Source: the human T2T-CHM13v2.0 reference genome, Homo sapiens. From it: a stretch of DNA of 64,000 nt. Made by a program: the position numbers and the translations under genes. This document shows positions 13,690-27,872 of the stretch, piece after piece. Within the stretch, counting starts at the first letter, position 1. Every line of letters begins with the position of its first letter. The stretch lies in assembly GCF_009914755.1 (NCBI RefSeq), contig NC_060928.1; one strand, given 5' to 3'. The notes beneath the pieces are model-generated. The model did not search any database. It had not been told where the DNA came from and saw only the letters and a list, made by a program, of their open reading frames with translations.

Positions 13690-14690
13690 TTCTCAGAGGG
13701 CCTTAGCCGCCTCCCTGGGGGGCAGGGCTCGGGACCTGCAGCCTGCCATGCCCGAGCCCCCCGCGGTGGGCTCCTGCACGCCCAAGCCTCCCCAGCGGGC
13801 GCCACCCCCTGCTCCGCGGCCCCTGGTCCCATCAACCACCCAAGGGCTGAGGAGTGCAGGCACAGGGTGCGGGACTGGCAGGCAGCTCCGCCCGCGGCCC
13901 CAGCGCAGGATCCACTAGGCTAAGCCAGCTGGGCTCCTGAGTCGGATGGAGACTTGGAGAACCTTTATGTCTAGCTAAAGGATTGCAAATACACCAATCA
14001 GCACTCTGTGTCTGGCTCATCTAGTGGGGACTTGGAGAACTTTTATGTCTAGCTAAAGGATTGTAAATGCACCAATCAGCACTCCGTGTCTAGCTCAGGG
14101 ATTGTAAACGCACCAATCAGCACTCTGTCAAAACGGACCAATCGGCTCTCTGTAAAATGGGCCAATCAGCTCTCTGTAAAATGGAACAATCAGCAGGATG
14201 TGAGTAGGGTCAGATAAGGGAATAAAAGCAGGCTGCCCGAGCCAATGGCAGCAACCTGCTGGGGTGCCCTTCCACACTGTGGAAGCTTTGTTCTTTTGCT
14301 CTTTGCAATAAATCTTGCTGCTGCTCACTGTTTGGGTCCACACAGCTTTTATGAGCTGTAACACTCACAGTGAAGGTCTGCAGCTTCACTCCTGAGGCCA
14401 GCGAGACCACGAACCCACTGGGAGGAATGAACAACTACGGACGGGAGGAATGAACAACTCCAGACGCGCCACCTTAAGAGCTGTAACACTCACCACGAAG
14501 GTCTGCAGCTTCACTCCTGAAGCCAGCGAGACCACAAACCCACCAGAAGGAAGAAACTCTGAACATGTCCGAACATCAGAAGGAACAAACTCCAGACACA
14601 CCATCTTTAAGAACTGTAACACTCACCGCGAGGGTCTGTGGCTTCATTCTTGAAGTCACTGAGACTAAGAACCCACCAGTTCTGGATACA
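13690..14690 (+). mobile_element. LTR12-family (ERV9) solo LTR, 5'-truncated
   Basis: GGGCCTTAGCCGCCTCCC...GGGACCTGCAGCCTGCCATGCC; tandem CCAATCAGCACTCTGT units; GATAAGGGAATAAAAGCAGGCTG; repeated GAAGGTCTGCAGCTTCACTCCTGA; ends CCAGTTCTGGATACA. Confidence 0.95.
13990..14260 (+). promoter_or_regulatory. LTR12 U3 promoter: CCAAT (NF-Y) array, GATA and TATA-like AATAAAA box
   Basis: CCAAT near 13995, 14072, 14113, 14138 and 14162; AGATAAG ~14212; AATAAAA 14221-14227; activity not shown. Confidence 0.65.
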
Positions 14691-14749
14691 CTGTGACACC
14701 CACCAGATATTCTTGGCAACCTGGCCTTCAAGTCAGGTTGTGACTTCGA

Positions 14750-15850
<1,101 letters not shown>

Positions 15851-18800
15851 TAAAAACCCAGCATCTCATACCTACCCTGCTTGAAAATCTCTTCTGGATT
15901 AAAGGCTTACCACCAATTGCATCTTCTCCAGATGGGTGGGTCTAAAGGAAAACTTCAAGGTCCTGAAGACTTGGGGCCAGGATACCCAGCAGCTTCTTCT
16001 CCAACACTGCTGACTTGTTTAAGAGTTGGACTAGAGTCTTGATCATAGAAACCTTGGCATCCAACTTTAACAAGAATATGGAATATACTATATATTCCTT
16101 CCTTATTCCAAAAAAAGGATGGAATAAATAAATAGATCTTTAGAGTTATGCTCACAAAGTTTTACATAAACTCATATACATGAATGTTCAGATGTAAGAA
16201 GAATTATTTCAGCTCCATTGCAATTTTATCTTTTTGTTCTCCTTGTAAAAAATACACTGAAATGTATTGCAAGAATCCTTATAAAAGTAATAAAATAATG
16301 TAAAATGATCATAAAACCAATCACATATTTTATAGAAAATAGCAGAATAAAATCACTTTTTGTGAGATGTCAGATGCAAAGAAATTTATCACTTAAGATA
16401 AAACAATGTTCTGCTCTCTGTAAGCATTTAATCTCTTCAACTTCTTGTGCCCTTGCAGGACTAGAAAGCCAATTTATGATAACCAATTTGAAAAGACTAC
16501 TGATTACTGATTATGCTTTTAGAACCCTTCAGTGTGAGTTCTGCTAACTGAAAAATCTTTTTAGTAATTGTCTTTATCTTGTCTTTTCAACTATATTTAC
16601 TCAGTCTCTATCCCTCCACATGCCAGCCAAAATAAAACAAAACAAAAAACTCATGTTTTTTGTAATAGTATTTGAAACAAGTTGTTCTTATGTTATACTA
16701 ACATTGGGGCCTATGTAGACATGTAAACAAAAGATCACAGAGCTCACAGGGCACCAAAAGTTGAGTATAATCCAGAAGTTCAGCATAGTTCTAAGCAAAT
16801 GCTATTTAGAAATGAATTAATAAAAGCATAGAGGTTAAATGGAGCATTAGGTTCAATTCAACTAGTGAGACTCTTTCGAGATAAAGATTCAATGGGGATT
16901 TCAGAGAAGTAAGCAATGAATACATTTCTGAGAAGGCTCACAAAACTTAAAGAATGAAGCTGAATAGAAAACAATGAAGAAATCATCGGCAAGAAAAGCA
17001 AGAGATAGTAACCATCCGCCCTCCATCTCCTCTGGAAATGAAAGAAGAAATGATCTACAACAACAATAGGTCAAATAAGAGCTAAGGCTCACTCAGTGGT
17101 CCCTTTTCAGTCTTCAGTGAACTCAGTGTTCTGAAACATTGTACACTGTCAATTACTCCCTCCTTCTTGAACAACCACGTTCGTCCTCTAAGGTACAATT
17201 CTCTGTTATCCTACCTTGCAAATCACTCCCTTTGTATCCAGGGTGTCCATGGTCTCAAGGTCATACAAGGAAGGCAAGAGTTTAGAAACGGTCTGGGTTA
17301 GTTTCCACATAATTTTTTAACTTTTACTGTTTACTTTTACTTTTAGTGCCTTTGCTTCTTCTGACCACCTGTAAACTATGGTGTTATTTAAGATTCTATC
17401 CTTTTGGGTACCTTTTTACTTTTATTATCTTTTTTCTTCCCTGGGCATCTCACCTACATATACTGTTGACTCCTAAAATTATAATCTACCTTTAATCTCT
17501 TTCCTGAGCTCCAAACTAAATTTCTCTCTTAATTGTCTTGAAGGTACATAAAATTTTATCATGCTGAAAGCCAATTTTATCATTTCTGCCTAAATCTTTC
17601 TCCTTCTCTCATGTTTTCTCTTGATAGCATCTCCATCAAAGCAATCCTGAAATGACCTTTAGCAACCATGAAAATGACTTTTAAATCCTCCTCCTCCTCC
17701 ATCTCTGCCTCCCACATTGTATATTTTTCATCTCCGCTTCTATGCTGATGCTTCTTGAAAGTGAAGACATGTCTTATACGTCCTCCTTATCTCTATGCCT
17801 AGAAGAGTATCTACTATATATTAGGTGCACAAAGTAGGAAGGAAACAAAGAAAAAAGAAAGAAGGGAATGGAGGCAGAGAGGGTCATAATGAAAGGAAAA
17901 GGGAAGAAGAAGAAATGAGAAGAGAGAGACATAAGAAGAAAGAAATTAATACAGTTACTGAACCCATAATAGGATATTTAAAAGTTGGAATAGCTGACCC
18001 TGTCATTCTTCTAAGGACAAAAGCTCTCTTTGCTGGAAAAATATTATGAGTGGTCCTTGGAGTAAAATTTAAACTCCCCAGGACCTAGACATCAGCCAGT
18101 GAAAGCTAGGAAGGAGAGGGGGAATTATTCTACATAATAGAAAGACAGAGATTGGATATTTCCAAGGTAAAATAAGAGAAAAAGAGTGAGACACAGAAAG
18201 AAATAAAGGTAAAATGAAGCGAGCAGGACCATGACAATGCACTCACCTCTGTGACTTCAAAATTTCCAATCATTCTAGGAAATTTATTAAAGTGTGTTGT
18301 AAGTAGGTACTTTTGTTCTTGCAATGTAGTGAAATTATGGATTTTAAAATCTAGGCTTACATGGGGTGAAAACTGAGACAAAAAATCATGAATGCAAAAG
18401 CCAGAGTACAAGGCAACAGCTGGCATCTGGGTTTATATTCATGATCACATATTGTAATGAAAGTACTTAGCCTTCCTGTAAAGGAATGTAGCAGCTGAAG
18501 CATGACCTCATCCTCTTCCAGGTAATTTGATACAGATGATCAGATCAAAGGAACAATGATCCCATCCGAAAGATCAAACCAAAGTTATAAAATCAAGTGC
18601 TCAAGATTGTGCAATATACATTGCTAAATAAACCAACTTAAAATTCTAATAAGAACTCAAGCAATTTGACTTTGATCTTGGTCAATCTCTTCTTACACCC
18701 ATTCAAAATAGTGATGTAATCTCTGAAAAAGGTTTAAATACTCTGAAGCTACTAGCCCAGGCTTGAAAATAGGCACTGGCATATATTGCATGAATATAAA

Positions 18801-20249
18801 AAAAAATCTGTATTAGCTGAAAGACATTTTGGCAATAGGCTAAGAATTAACTTCAATATTGTCCTTTTTCTTTTCAAGAGAGTCTGTGTTGATCAAGGTA
18901 CACTTATGTTCTCATAGCTGAGTGAGGCGGGAAGCAATAGAAGGAGATAGGGATGTCTAATTGTTTGAAGTAGAAATATTCATGTCTGACGATATCAAGT
19001 TCTAAAATATAAAATTTCTTACCACTAGACTACTATACCCTTCATCTCATTTTGATGCCATAGAGGCTACTTTATTTCCTTTATATGCTTCAGTCCAAGT
19101 TTTATAACCTATAATTATATATGTTGTTATATTAAAAAATAAATGTAACTACTCATTTTGACAGGCTAATGAGGTGCAGGAGTTCTACCATCATACTTGT
19201 TCTGTAATAAACCAAATTGTGGACCTCCAAAATGTGCTGCTGTCTCATAATAAAACCACTGACAGCGATAGCTAAGAGATGAGAATTCTTAATTTTTCAA
19301 TCAGTTATATTCACCTCTGCTATAAAGAAAATGCTCTGGGTTGTTTTTAAAGCAGAAAAATAAGTAAACACCCAAGACACACTCCAAAACCTGATGTTAG
19401 TTATCAAAATAACCTAGCAAAGCCTTGAAGCCATTTGAAAAATATCAATCTTGTGGAGGTTATAACAATCTTAGTGTCTACTCTACTGTCAGCATTTACA
19501 CAACTTTTTTTTCTTCTCTTGGTTTTTGGCAGTGTTCCCAGCTAGTATGTTCTTACTCTAAGACGCTCTGTGTCACATTTTACTTCAGGTTAGAAGCACT
19601 GCCAGATATTTTACATTGCATTTTTCAAATGCATATTTCCTTCCAGAGTACCAACTTTGCACATTAGGTAGACACCTTTTTCCTTGACCAAGAGACAATC
19701 CTTTTTCCTTTGAATCAGTCATGTTTGGAAACTGGCTTCCATATTATAGCAGCAAAGAAAAACACTGGTGACAGTCCCTAGTCTTTTTTTTACTTCCCCT
19801 GAAACTTTCTCTCCTGATGATGCAAACAATCAATATGTGAAACAGTAGTCTGTGGGTTTCAAATCAGAGGCCATTAAGCAAACTGCTGTTTGGCCACTGT
19901 AAGAAAAAGAATAAATCATCTTCCAATGACAGTGACATCAAATGTAGAAAAAAAGAAATATTTCATTTTACCTTTGAACACCTGCTTTATAATTCTTCTT
20001 CTTTTCATACCATAGAACAAGCTCTCACTGCTTTCTAACAGAACGGCCCAAACAACCAAAGTGGCCAAAACACCTCACCTACATGAAGCTTGTCTATCTT
20101 GTGAGTCAATCTGCATGCAATTAGAGCAAGGAAAAAATGCTTGGAAGGCCAAAAGTGCTATTTATATAAGAATGTCCCTCACTCTCTTTCAGAATCTGTT
20201 TATTTTTAGTTAGGACAGAATTCTAAGAAGCCTAAAGGCAGTGCAGTGC

Positions 20250-20450
20250 AGGCCCTGGAGTTCGACTGAGTTGAATGCTGACTCTGCTATTTACAAACTC
20301 TGTGACTTTGGGCAAGTTAATTAAACTCAATGCTCTATTAGATCACTCATGAGATGGGGAAAATAATAATAATTCGTATAGGGTTGTTAGAAGAGTATAA
20401 TGAGTTAAAATATGTAAAACATGTAGAACCAAGCCACGCACATGGCATTT
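20250..20450 (+). mobile_element. MIR SINE
   Basis: CTCTGCTATTTACAAACTCTGTGACTTTGGGCAAGTTAATTAAACTC...ATAGGGTTGTTAGAAGAGTATAATGAGTTAA. Confidence 0.8.
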
Positions 20451-21017
20451 GTTTAATTTCTAAGCTCATAAAACATTATAAAAGGCAAGAAAAACGACAG
20501 AGAAGGGTTTCTGTAAGCAAATTGCACTGACACCAGCCATTAGTATCCACTAAAAGTTTCACGGAGGCAGGGGAGGTATTATTTAAAAATAGGCACAAGA
20601 ACTGAGGACATTGAGCATAGGAACAAATGCCTGCTGAGTGTCCAAGGGCATCAGTTTATTACATCGCAATAGAGTAGTGAAAGTTTATAAAGAGGAACTT
20701 GAAGCATCATGTCCAAGGACATCACTTCAACTCAGTAAAATAGTTAATGTTTGTAAAGAGGATCCTGAATATGCAAGAAATGATTTTAAAAGTTAAATTA
20801 TTATTTTCAGTAATTTAACTGAAGAGGCAATACATTTTGAACAATTTCTGTTGAGAAGAGCCAAGTAAAAAGTGTTTGTGCCTTAATGAATACCTATTCA
20901 GCTATCAAAAAAAAACCCCAGTTATTCAGACTGATTCAATCTTTAAGTGCTCTTTTTATAAGAAGATAATGAAAGTAAAAATAACATACTAACATGGCAA
21001 ATCATTTCACAAGAAGG

Positions 21018-21510
21018 TATGGCAAAGACTGCTAATTGTCCCTGAATTTTCACTCTCCAAGTCTTCTTTTGGAAAATAGAAATATCCTGTGTATTTAGGG
21101 AGACAACTACATGCTCATCTGGAAACTGCATGCCCCAGACTTCCTTGTAGCTCAATGAAGCCATGTGACAAAACCTTCATTACAGGCATGTGAATAAAAG
21201 TCTTTTGTGTAACATCTGTGGTGCTTCCTTACAAGGGAATTGCTTTTCTTCCATTTCCTCTTTCTCTCCCCACAAGTCGTATTGAAAACAAGAAGCAGAT
21301 GCAGATAAGCTAGCTTCAACCATACAGATGAGGCAACAACCAAAGAAATGACTGAAAAACAAAGACAGAGCACACAGTGTCCCAGGTCAGCTTGTGGAGG
21401 GAGCAGAGTGCTCTACCTCCCCTGGACCCATGCCTCCCTCAAGGGCATTAACTTCTATCTCATTGGGGCCAGGTCTTTTTGCTGTAGCAGCCTATCATTA
21501 TCTTAGCACA
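21018..21510 (+). mobile_element. MLT1I/J-type MaLR LTR
   Basis: GGCAAAGACTGCTAATTGTCC...CTGCATGCCCCAGACTTCCTTGTAGCT...GCCATGTGAC...GGTCTTTTTGCTGTAGCAGCC. Confidence 0.65.
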
Positions 21511-22723
21511 TTTGGAGAAGCTGAGAGAAATTAAATCCAAACTTATTTCAAGTGCAAGTATTAATTTACTGTTTTCGACTCTACAAAGATGCAGAATTAA
21601 TTAGAAGCAAGTTCTGCCTTCAGAAGATTTATAATCCAGAAAATAATGAGAGAAGTACGCAAATAATTGTATTACCATACATTCTACATTTCTTGTCATC
21701 TCAGAGTTATAGACAAGGCATTATGGTGTTATAGAAGGAAACAGTTTTATCAGTTTGGACCAAAAATTACTCACTCAGGAAAATAAACTTTCATTAGGAT
21801 GGCCTTTGAGAAAGACCTGTAATTGATAGGATTTCAAATGCAGAAATAAACAATGAAAAGAAAGGAGGGCAACACTTCAGGAAAGAAAACAACATAAATA
21901 AAAGCACTACAGCAGAAAAATTGATACATCTTATTTTGTCCTGTTAGAATAGAAGGTATGGTGGGAAGGCTTTGGAACACATAAGCTGGAAGAGTAAGTT
22001 TAGATTACATTGTGAAGAGCACAAAGTTGTTATAATTATAAAATATTTATGAAGCCCTTTCTATATGCAAGCATGACGCTGGTACTTTATGTGTACTTTC
22101 TCATTTTATCATAGGAATAAACTCTAATTTGTTATATATCGCCTCTAGTCTGAGGCGTCAGTATCTAATTCAGCAGAAAATTTTGAAGAACCACAAGAAA
22201 CTGAATGACACTCTCTAGCTGGGCTTCTGGAAGGCTAATCATGTAAGAGCATTAAGTACAGGATGCAAAAGGGAGTAATAACAATAAAGGTACTTTTGTA
22301 ATAGATAAGACACAAGGTAGGATTGAAACAGTGTGGCAATGTTCAAACTGAAGAAGAAGGGCTAGATTCAAGACATTAGGAACAACTTGACAAGTAACTA
22401 TGCTATGATGTGAAGAGTCCTATGAAGGAGAAGATGGAGGAAAACCCTAACATTTAGAACCTGAGCCCTGAAATTAATAAAATAAGGAGTCAAGTGTTGT
22501 AATTAACAAAAAATAGGAAGTAAGGCAGATGCAGTGGGCTTATTAAGATGTTTCTAGAGTCTGTGCAGAGAACTTTTGATTTTTTACTATGTGGCTTTGA
22601 GAAAACAGCTTAATGTCTCAAGCCTGTTTTCTTCTCTGAAAAAATGTGAGTAATAACATCCAACTTACATACTTTACAGGGGAATTAAATAAGATAATAT
22701 TTTTTTTTTTTTTTAAAAAGGAA

Positions 22724-23078
<355 letters not shown>

Positions 23079-24400
23079 TCAGATACTCATTAAACAGTAA
23101 CTAATACTGTTTTTATTGCTACAGCTATTGTGTCTTCTGGGCATTATGAAAAATTGGGAGTAAAAAGTTTAGGTTTGGAAGATATTAATTGAAGATGTGA
23201 GAGAGGAAGAAATCATCAAAGAATTTTTTTTTAAGTTTTGAGGAGAAAATCTTGGATTACTTCCATTTTAAGACACAGTATGAGAGAGGGGACTCTGTGA
23301 AGGAGAGAGGGGGGAAATATTAGTAAGGTAAAAAGAAATGAGAGATGGGGAAAAGAAAGATCATAGAGGAGATGGTTAAGATGTCAAATGCTGCTTAGAG
23401 TATAAAAAAAGTTGAGACCTGAGAAAAATGTTAGCGGCAGAGTCAAAAAGTGTTGTCTGTCAGAAGATGGAGACCTAAATGTGTTTATTGGCATACAGGA
23501 AAGAGTTAGTAGAGAGGAAGATTAAATTTACAAAGAAAAAAGAGAAAAATTGAAGGAATAAGATCTCAGAGAAAGAAAAGGGGTCTAGATTAAGAGCATA
23601 AGTGGAAAAGTCGGCCTCTGCCAGGAGGAGACAGGCACTTCCTCTCGGCAGGGCATGAGAGAAAAGAGGAGGAGGTCAGAGCCGTGGATGAAAAACCGAA
23701 GGACCTAAGAGCAGTGCCACGTGATGACAGAGCTCACTTAAGCTGGCTTTTTAGTAAAGTAATAGGTTAGGTCATCTACTAAGGGGAAGAGAAGTGGATC
23801 AAATTAAAGCCTTGAAAATATGTTCACAGTTTATTTTTTTTTCCACAGGTAAAGGGTGTTTACCCAGTAAAGGACATTTCTTCATGTTTTCACCTTAATA
23901 ATATTTTATCAAAGCCATTTTTCTCCTCAAAGCACTCATTTTCCTAGTATTTGGAGAAAGTTTTCAGAGAAAAGCATTTAAGTGACTGAAATTAGTCCAC
24001 TCCTTAATGTCAACTCTATGTAAAAAAGGACTAAGTGATGGTGATGGGAGTGGTGAAGGGGGTTCCAAATTGCACAACATCACTCTGAAGCATTCACCTT
24101 CCTACAGAATGATTATAATACAATTTTTGTAGATCTCTTTTCTAAACCCCTCTATTGGGTTGAATGATGTCCCCACAAAATGCATTTCCCCCTGGAGCCT
24201 TAGAATGTGACCTTGTTTGGAAATTAGGTATTTGCAGATGTATGCAGTGAAAATGAAGCCATACTGCATTAGGGTGATCCCTGATCCAATAGGACTGGTG
24301 ACAGAGAGAAAATTGGACACAGAAGAAAGACAGAGGCAGAAACTGAAGTTATATTATCACAACCAAGGGATGTCTGGGGCTTTCAGAAGCTGGAAGAGGC

Positions 24401-26404
24401 TGTATTAGTCTGTTTTCATGCTGCTGATAAAGACATACCCCAGATTGGGAAGAAAAAGAGGTTTGATTGGACTTACAGTTCCACTTGGCTGGTGAGGCCT
24501 CAGAATCATGGCAGGAGACAAAGGCACTTCTTACATGGTGGTGACAAGAGAAAATGAGGAACAAACAAAAGCAGAAATCCCTGATAAACCCATCAGATCT
24601 CGTGAGACTTATTCACTATCACAGGAAAGAGCAGCCCCCATGATTCAATTGCCTCTCCCTGGGTCCCTCTCACAACACATGGGAATTCTGGTAGCTACAA
24701 TTCAAATTGAGATTTGGGTGGGGACACAGCCAAATCATATCATTTCACCCCTGGCCCCTCCAAATCTCATGTCCTAACATTTCAAAACCAGTAATGTCAT
24801 CCCAACAGTCCCCCAAAGTCTTAACTCATTTCAGCATTAACCCAAAAGTCCACAGTCTGAAGTCTCATCTGAGACAAGGCAAGCGCCTTCTGCCTCTGAG
24901 GCCGTAAAATCAAAAGCAAGCTAGTTACTTCCTAGATACAATGGGAGTACAGGTATTGGGTAATTACAGCCATTCCATATGGGAGAAATTGGCCAAAACA
25001 AAGGGGTTACAGGGCCATGCAAGTCCAAAATCCAGCAGGGCAGTCAAATTTTAAAGCTCCAGAATTATCTCCTTTGACTCCAGTCTCACACTCAGGTCAT
25101 GCTGATGCAAGAGGTGGGTTCCCATGGTCTTGGGCAGCTCCACCCCTGTGGCTTTGCAGTCTCTGTCCCAGCTGCTTTCACAGGCTGGCATTGAGTGTCT
25201 GTGGCTTTTACAGGCACACGGTCCAAGCTGTAGGTGGATCTACAATTATGGGGTCTGGAGGATGGTGGCCCTCTTCTCACAGCTCCACTAGGCAGTGCCC
25301 CAGTAGGCACTCTGTGTGGGGGCTCTGACCCCACATTTCCCTTCTGCATTGCCCTAGCAGGGGTTCTCCATGAGGCCCTGTCCCTGCAGCAAACTTCTGC
25401 CTGGGCATCCAGGAGTTTCCATATATCTGAAATCTAGGTGGAGGATCCCAAACCTCAGTTCTTGACTTCTGTGAACCCACAGGCTCAACACCATGTGGAA
25501 GCTGCTGAGGCTTGGGGCTTCCACCCTCTGAAGTCACAGTCCGAGCTGTATGTTGGCCCCTTTCAGCCACAGCTGGAGCGGCTGGGACACAGGGCACCAA
25601 GTCCCTAGGCTGCACACAGCACAGGGACCCTGGGCCCAGCCCATGAAACCACTTTTTCCTCCTGGGCCTCCGGGCCTGTGATGGGAGGGGCTGCCATGAA
25701 GGTCTCTGACATGGCCTGGAGACATTTTCCCCATGGTCTTGGGGATTAACATTAGGCTCCTTGCTACTTAGGCAAATTTCTGCAGCCAGCTTGAATTTCT
25801 CCCCAGCAAATGGGTATTTCTTTTCTATCCCATAGTCAGACTGCAAATTTTCCAAACTTTTATGCTCTGCTTCCCTTATAAAACTGAATGCCTTTAACAG
25901 TACCCAAGTCATTTCTTGAATGCTTTGCTGTTTAGAATTTTTTTCTGCCAGATATTCTAAATCATCTTTCTCAAGTTCAAAGTTCCACAAAACTCTAGGG
26001 CAGGGGCAAAAAGCCACCAGTCTCTTTGCTAAAACATAACAAGAGTCACATGTGCTCCAGTTCCCAACAAGTTCCTTATCTCCATCTGAGACCACCTCAG
26101 CCTGGACCTTATTGTGCATATCACTATCAGCATTTTGAGCAAAGCCATTCAGCAAGTCTCTAGGAAGTTCCAAACTTTCCCACATTTTCCTGTCTTCTTC
26201 TGAGCCCTCCAAACTGTTCTAACCTCTACCTGTTACCCAGTTCCAAAGTCACTTCCATATTTTCAGCAGTGCCCCACATTACTGGGACCACTTTACTGTA
26301 GAAGTCTGTTTTCACGCTGCTGATAAAGACATACCAGAGACTGGGAATAAAAAGAGGTTTAATTGGACTTACAGTTCCACATGGCTGGGGAGGCCTCAGA
26401 ATCA
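24401..26404 (-). mobile_element. THE1C MaLR provirus: full 3' LTR 24401-24742, internal region 24743-26296, truncated 5' LTR 26297-26404
   Basis: Two LTR copies (TGTATTAGTCTGTTTTCATGCTGCTGATAAAGACATACC); THE1-int sequence; 5-bp TSD GAGGC at 24396-24400 and 26405-26409. Confidence 0.95.
25277..26212 (-). pseudogene. THE1 internal (MaLR gag-derived) ORF remnant, 311 codons open
   Basis: EGSEEDRKMWESLELPRDLLNGF...WNFELEKDDLEYLAE...LENLQ is the typical THE1/MST internal ORF; the track start is TTG and the first ATG is codon 10. Confidence 0.8.
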
Positions 26405-27872
26405 GAGGCCAAGAACAATTTTTCCCTGCAGGCTTCCAAGGGAGCATGGCCCTGCCAACACCTTAATTTTGGACTTCTGGCCTCCAGAACTGTGAGGGAA
26501 TAAATGTCCATGTTTTATGTCACCCAGTTTGTGGTGCTTTGTTTCAGCAGCCCTGAGAAACTAATACACCCACCAAAAGGAACAAGGGATGTAAATCCTG
26601 TAACTATTGAATGCTACCTATATTAGGCATCTTAAGAATAAATCAAAAATCAGAAGTATCATTTTCTGCCAGAACTTAGCTTTGTTGAGCCTGCACCCCT
26701 CTTTGGAAATACCAGGAAAAATATTTATTAAACTGTCATTGTAAACAGAGTGTGGTTTATCTGAAAATCCTGGAAAACAGATGGGAGTGGACCTGAGATA
26801 AAATTATCTTTAAATTTCACCATGTAAAAAATTACCCAAGTACTGTTAGTCCCAAAGTTCTACAGTAGAGGTCAAATGGGAATGAGAACTAATCACTTCA
26901 AATAACGAATTGGTAGAAAAAAAAAAATAGCTCAAGGTCCTAATCCATGTCTCCTTAAAAAGAGAGACACCAATTAGAGCACTGAACCTGGAGCAACGTA
27001 CAGTAATGAAAGCAAACAAGAGTGAGGTATCCATCTGGAACTACTTGATAACACATCAAAGAGAATCACCAACACACAGACGCCAGAGGGAGTGGAAAGG
27101 ACAAAGCCCACTGCATGTGTGAAGCCTTCCCTGCTGAATTTACCACATATTTGGATAAAAACAACCTGACTCTCTCCACTTTAAGCCTATGAGATATCAC
27201 ACAAAAGAATAAATCAAAATTTAGAGATCAAGGTCTGAGGTTGTGTTGCAGTTACTCTGGAGAGGTGGTGAAAAGATACCACAAAGTGCCACGGAATAGC
27301 AAAAAAGAAACCTTAGGAGTAAGCTTCTGCTTTCTCTTGAAACAATATATTTGGAAGGGAGATAAAAGGAGAAAACTATTTTTTTTTAATTTAGAGAGCT
27401 CCTGGAAAACATGCTGTATTTATGAGTACAAAATGGAAAAAAATTATAATGGAGTGGAAAGGGCCACAGTATGAAGAAGTTATAGAGGATATTACTTATA
27501 AAGAACATTAAGATTTAATTTGAAAATGGGCCAGAATCATTATAGACTTCTACAAAAATTTGTAGATCAAACTGGCTTTTTAGAAAGATGCTTCTCACTG
27601 ATCTGTGAGCAGCATCATTTACAGAACAGAGAAGGCAATAAAAAGAATTCAAGCATGAGGCAATCGAGTATACAGACTGGGTTATGAGTATAAAAACACC
27701 AGGACATAGGATTCGAAATGGATTAAATAGAACAGACTTGCATTCAGATCTGCATTCCTTCCATAAACTCTTCAACCAAAACCTCCAGTCTTTTGTTCTC
27801 CCACTCTCAAAAGGATAATCCATCAATCCTCTGCCTTAAATCCATTGATCCCAACAACTTTTTTATTGTTCC

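Larger units (their letters stand above)
24151..26568 (+). mobile_element. MLT1C-type MaLR LTR split by a THE1C insertion (halves 24151-24400 and 26405-26568)
   Basis: GGGTTGAATGATGTCCCC...AGAATGTGACCTTGTTTGGAAA...GAAGCTGGAAGAGGC, resuming ...GGCCCTGCCAACACCTTAATTTTGGACTTCTGGCCTCCAGAACTGTGAG...AAACTAATACA. Confidence 0.88.

Noticed and set aside
13960-14640. Regularly spaced repeats with short spacers, superficially CRISPR-like
   Set aside because: These are the normal internal tandem units of LTR12; eukaryotic DNA, no cas genes
17825-18049. Lys/Arg/Glu-rich 74-aa ORF
   Set aside because: Translation of a GA-rich low-complexity tract after an L2 end; non-ATG start
27078-27095. Second CTCF-like motif GACGCCAGAGGGAGT
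   Set aside because: Mismatches at two conserved core positions
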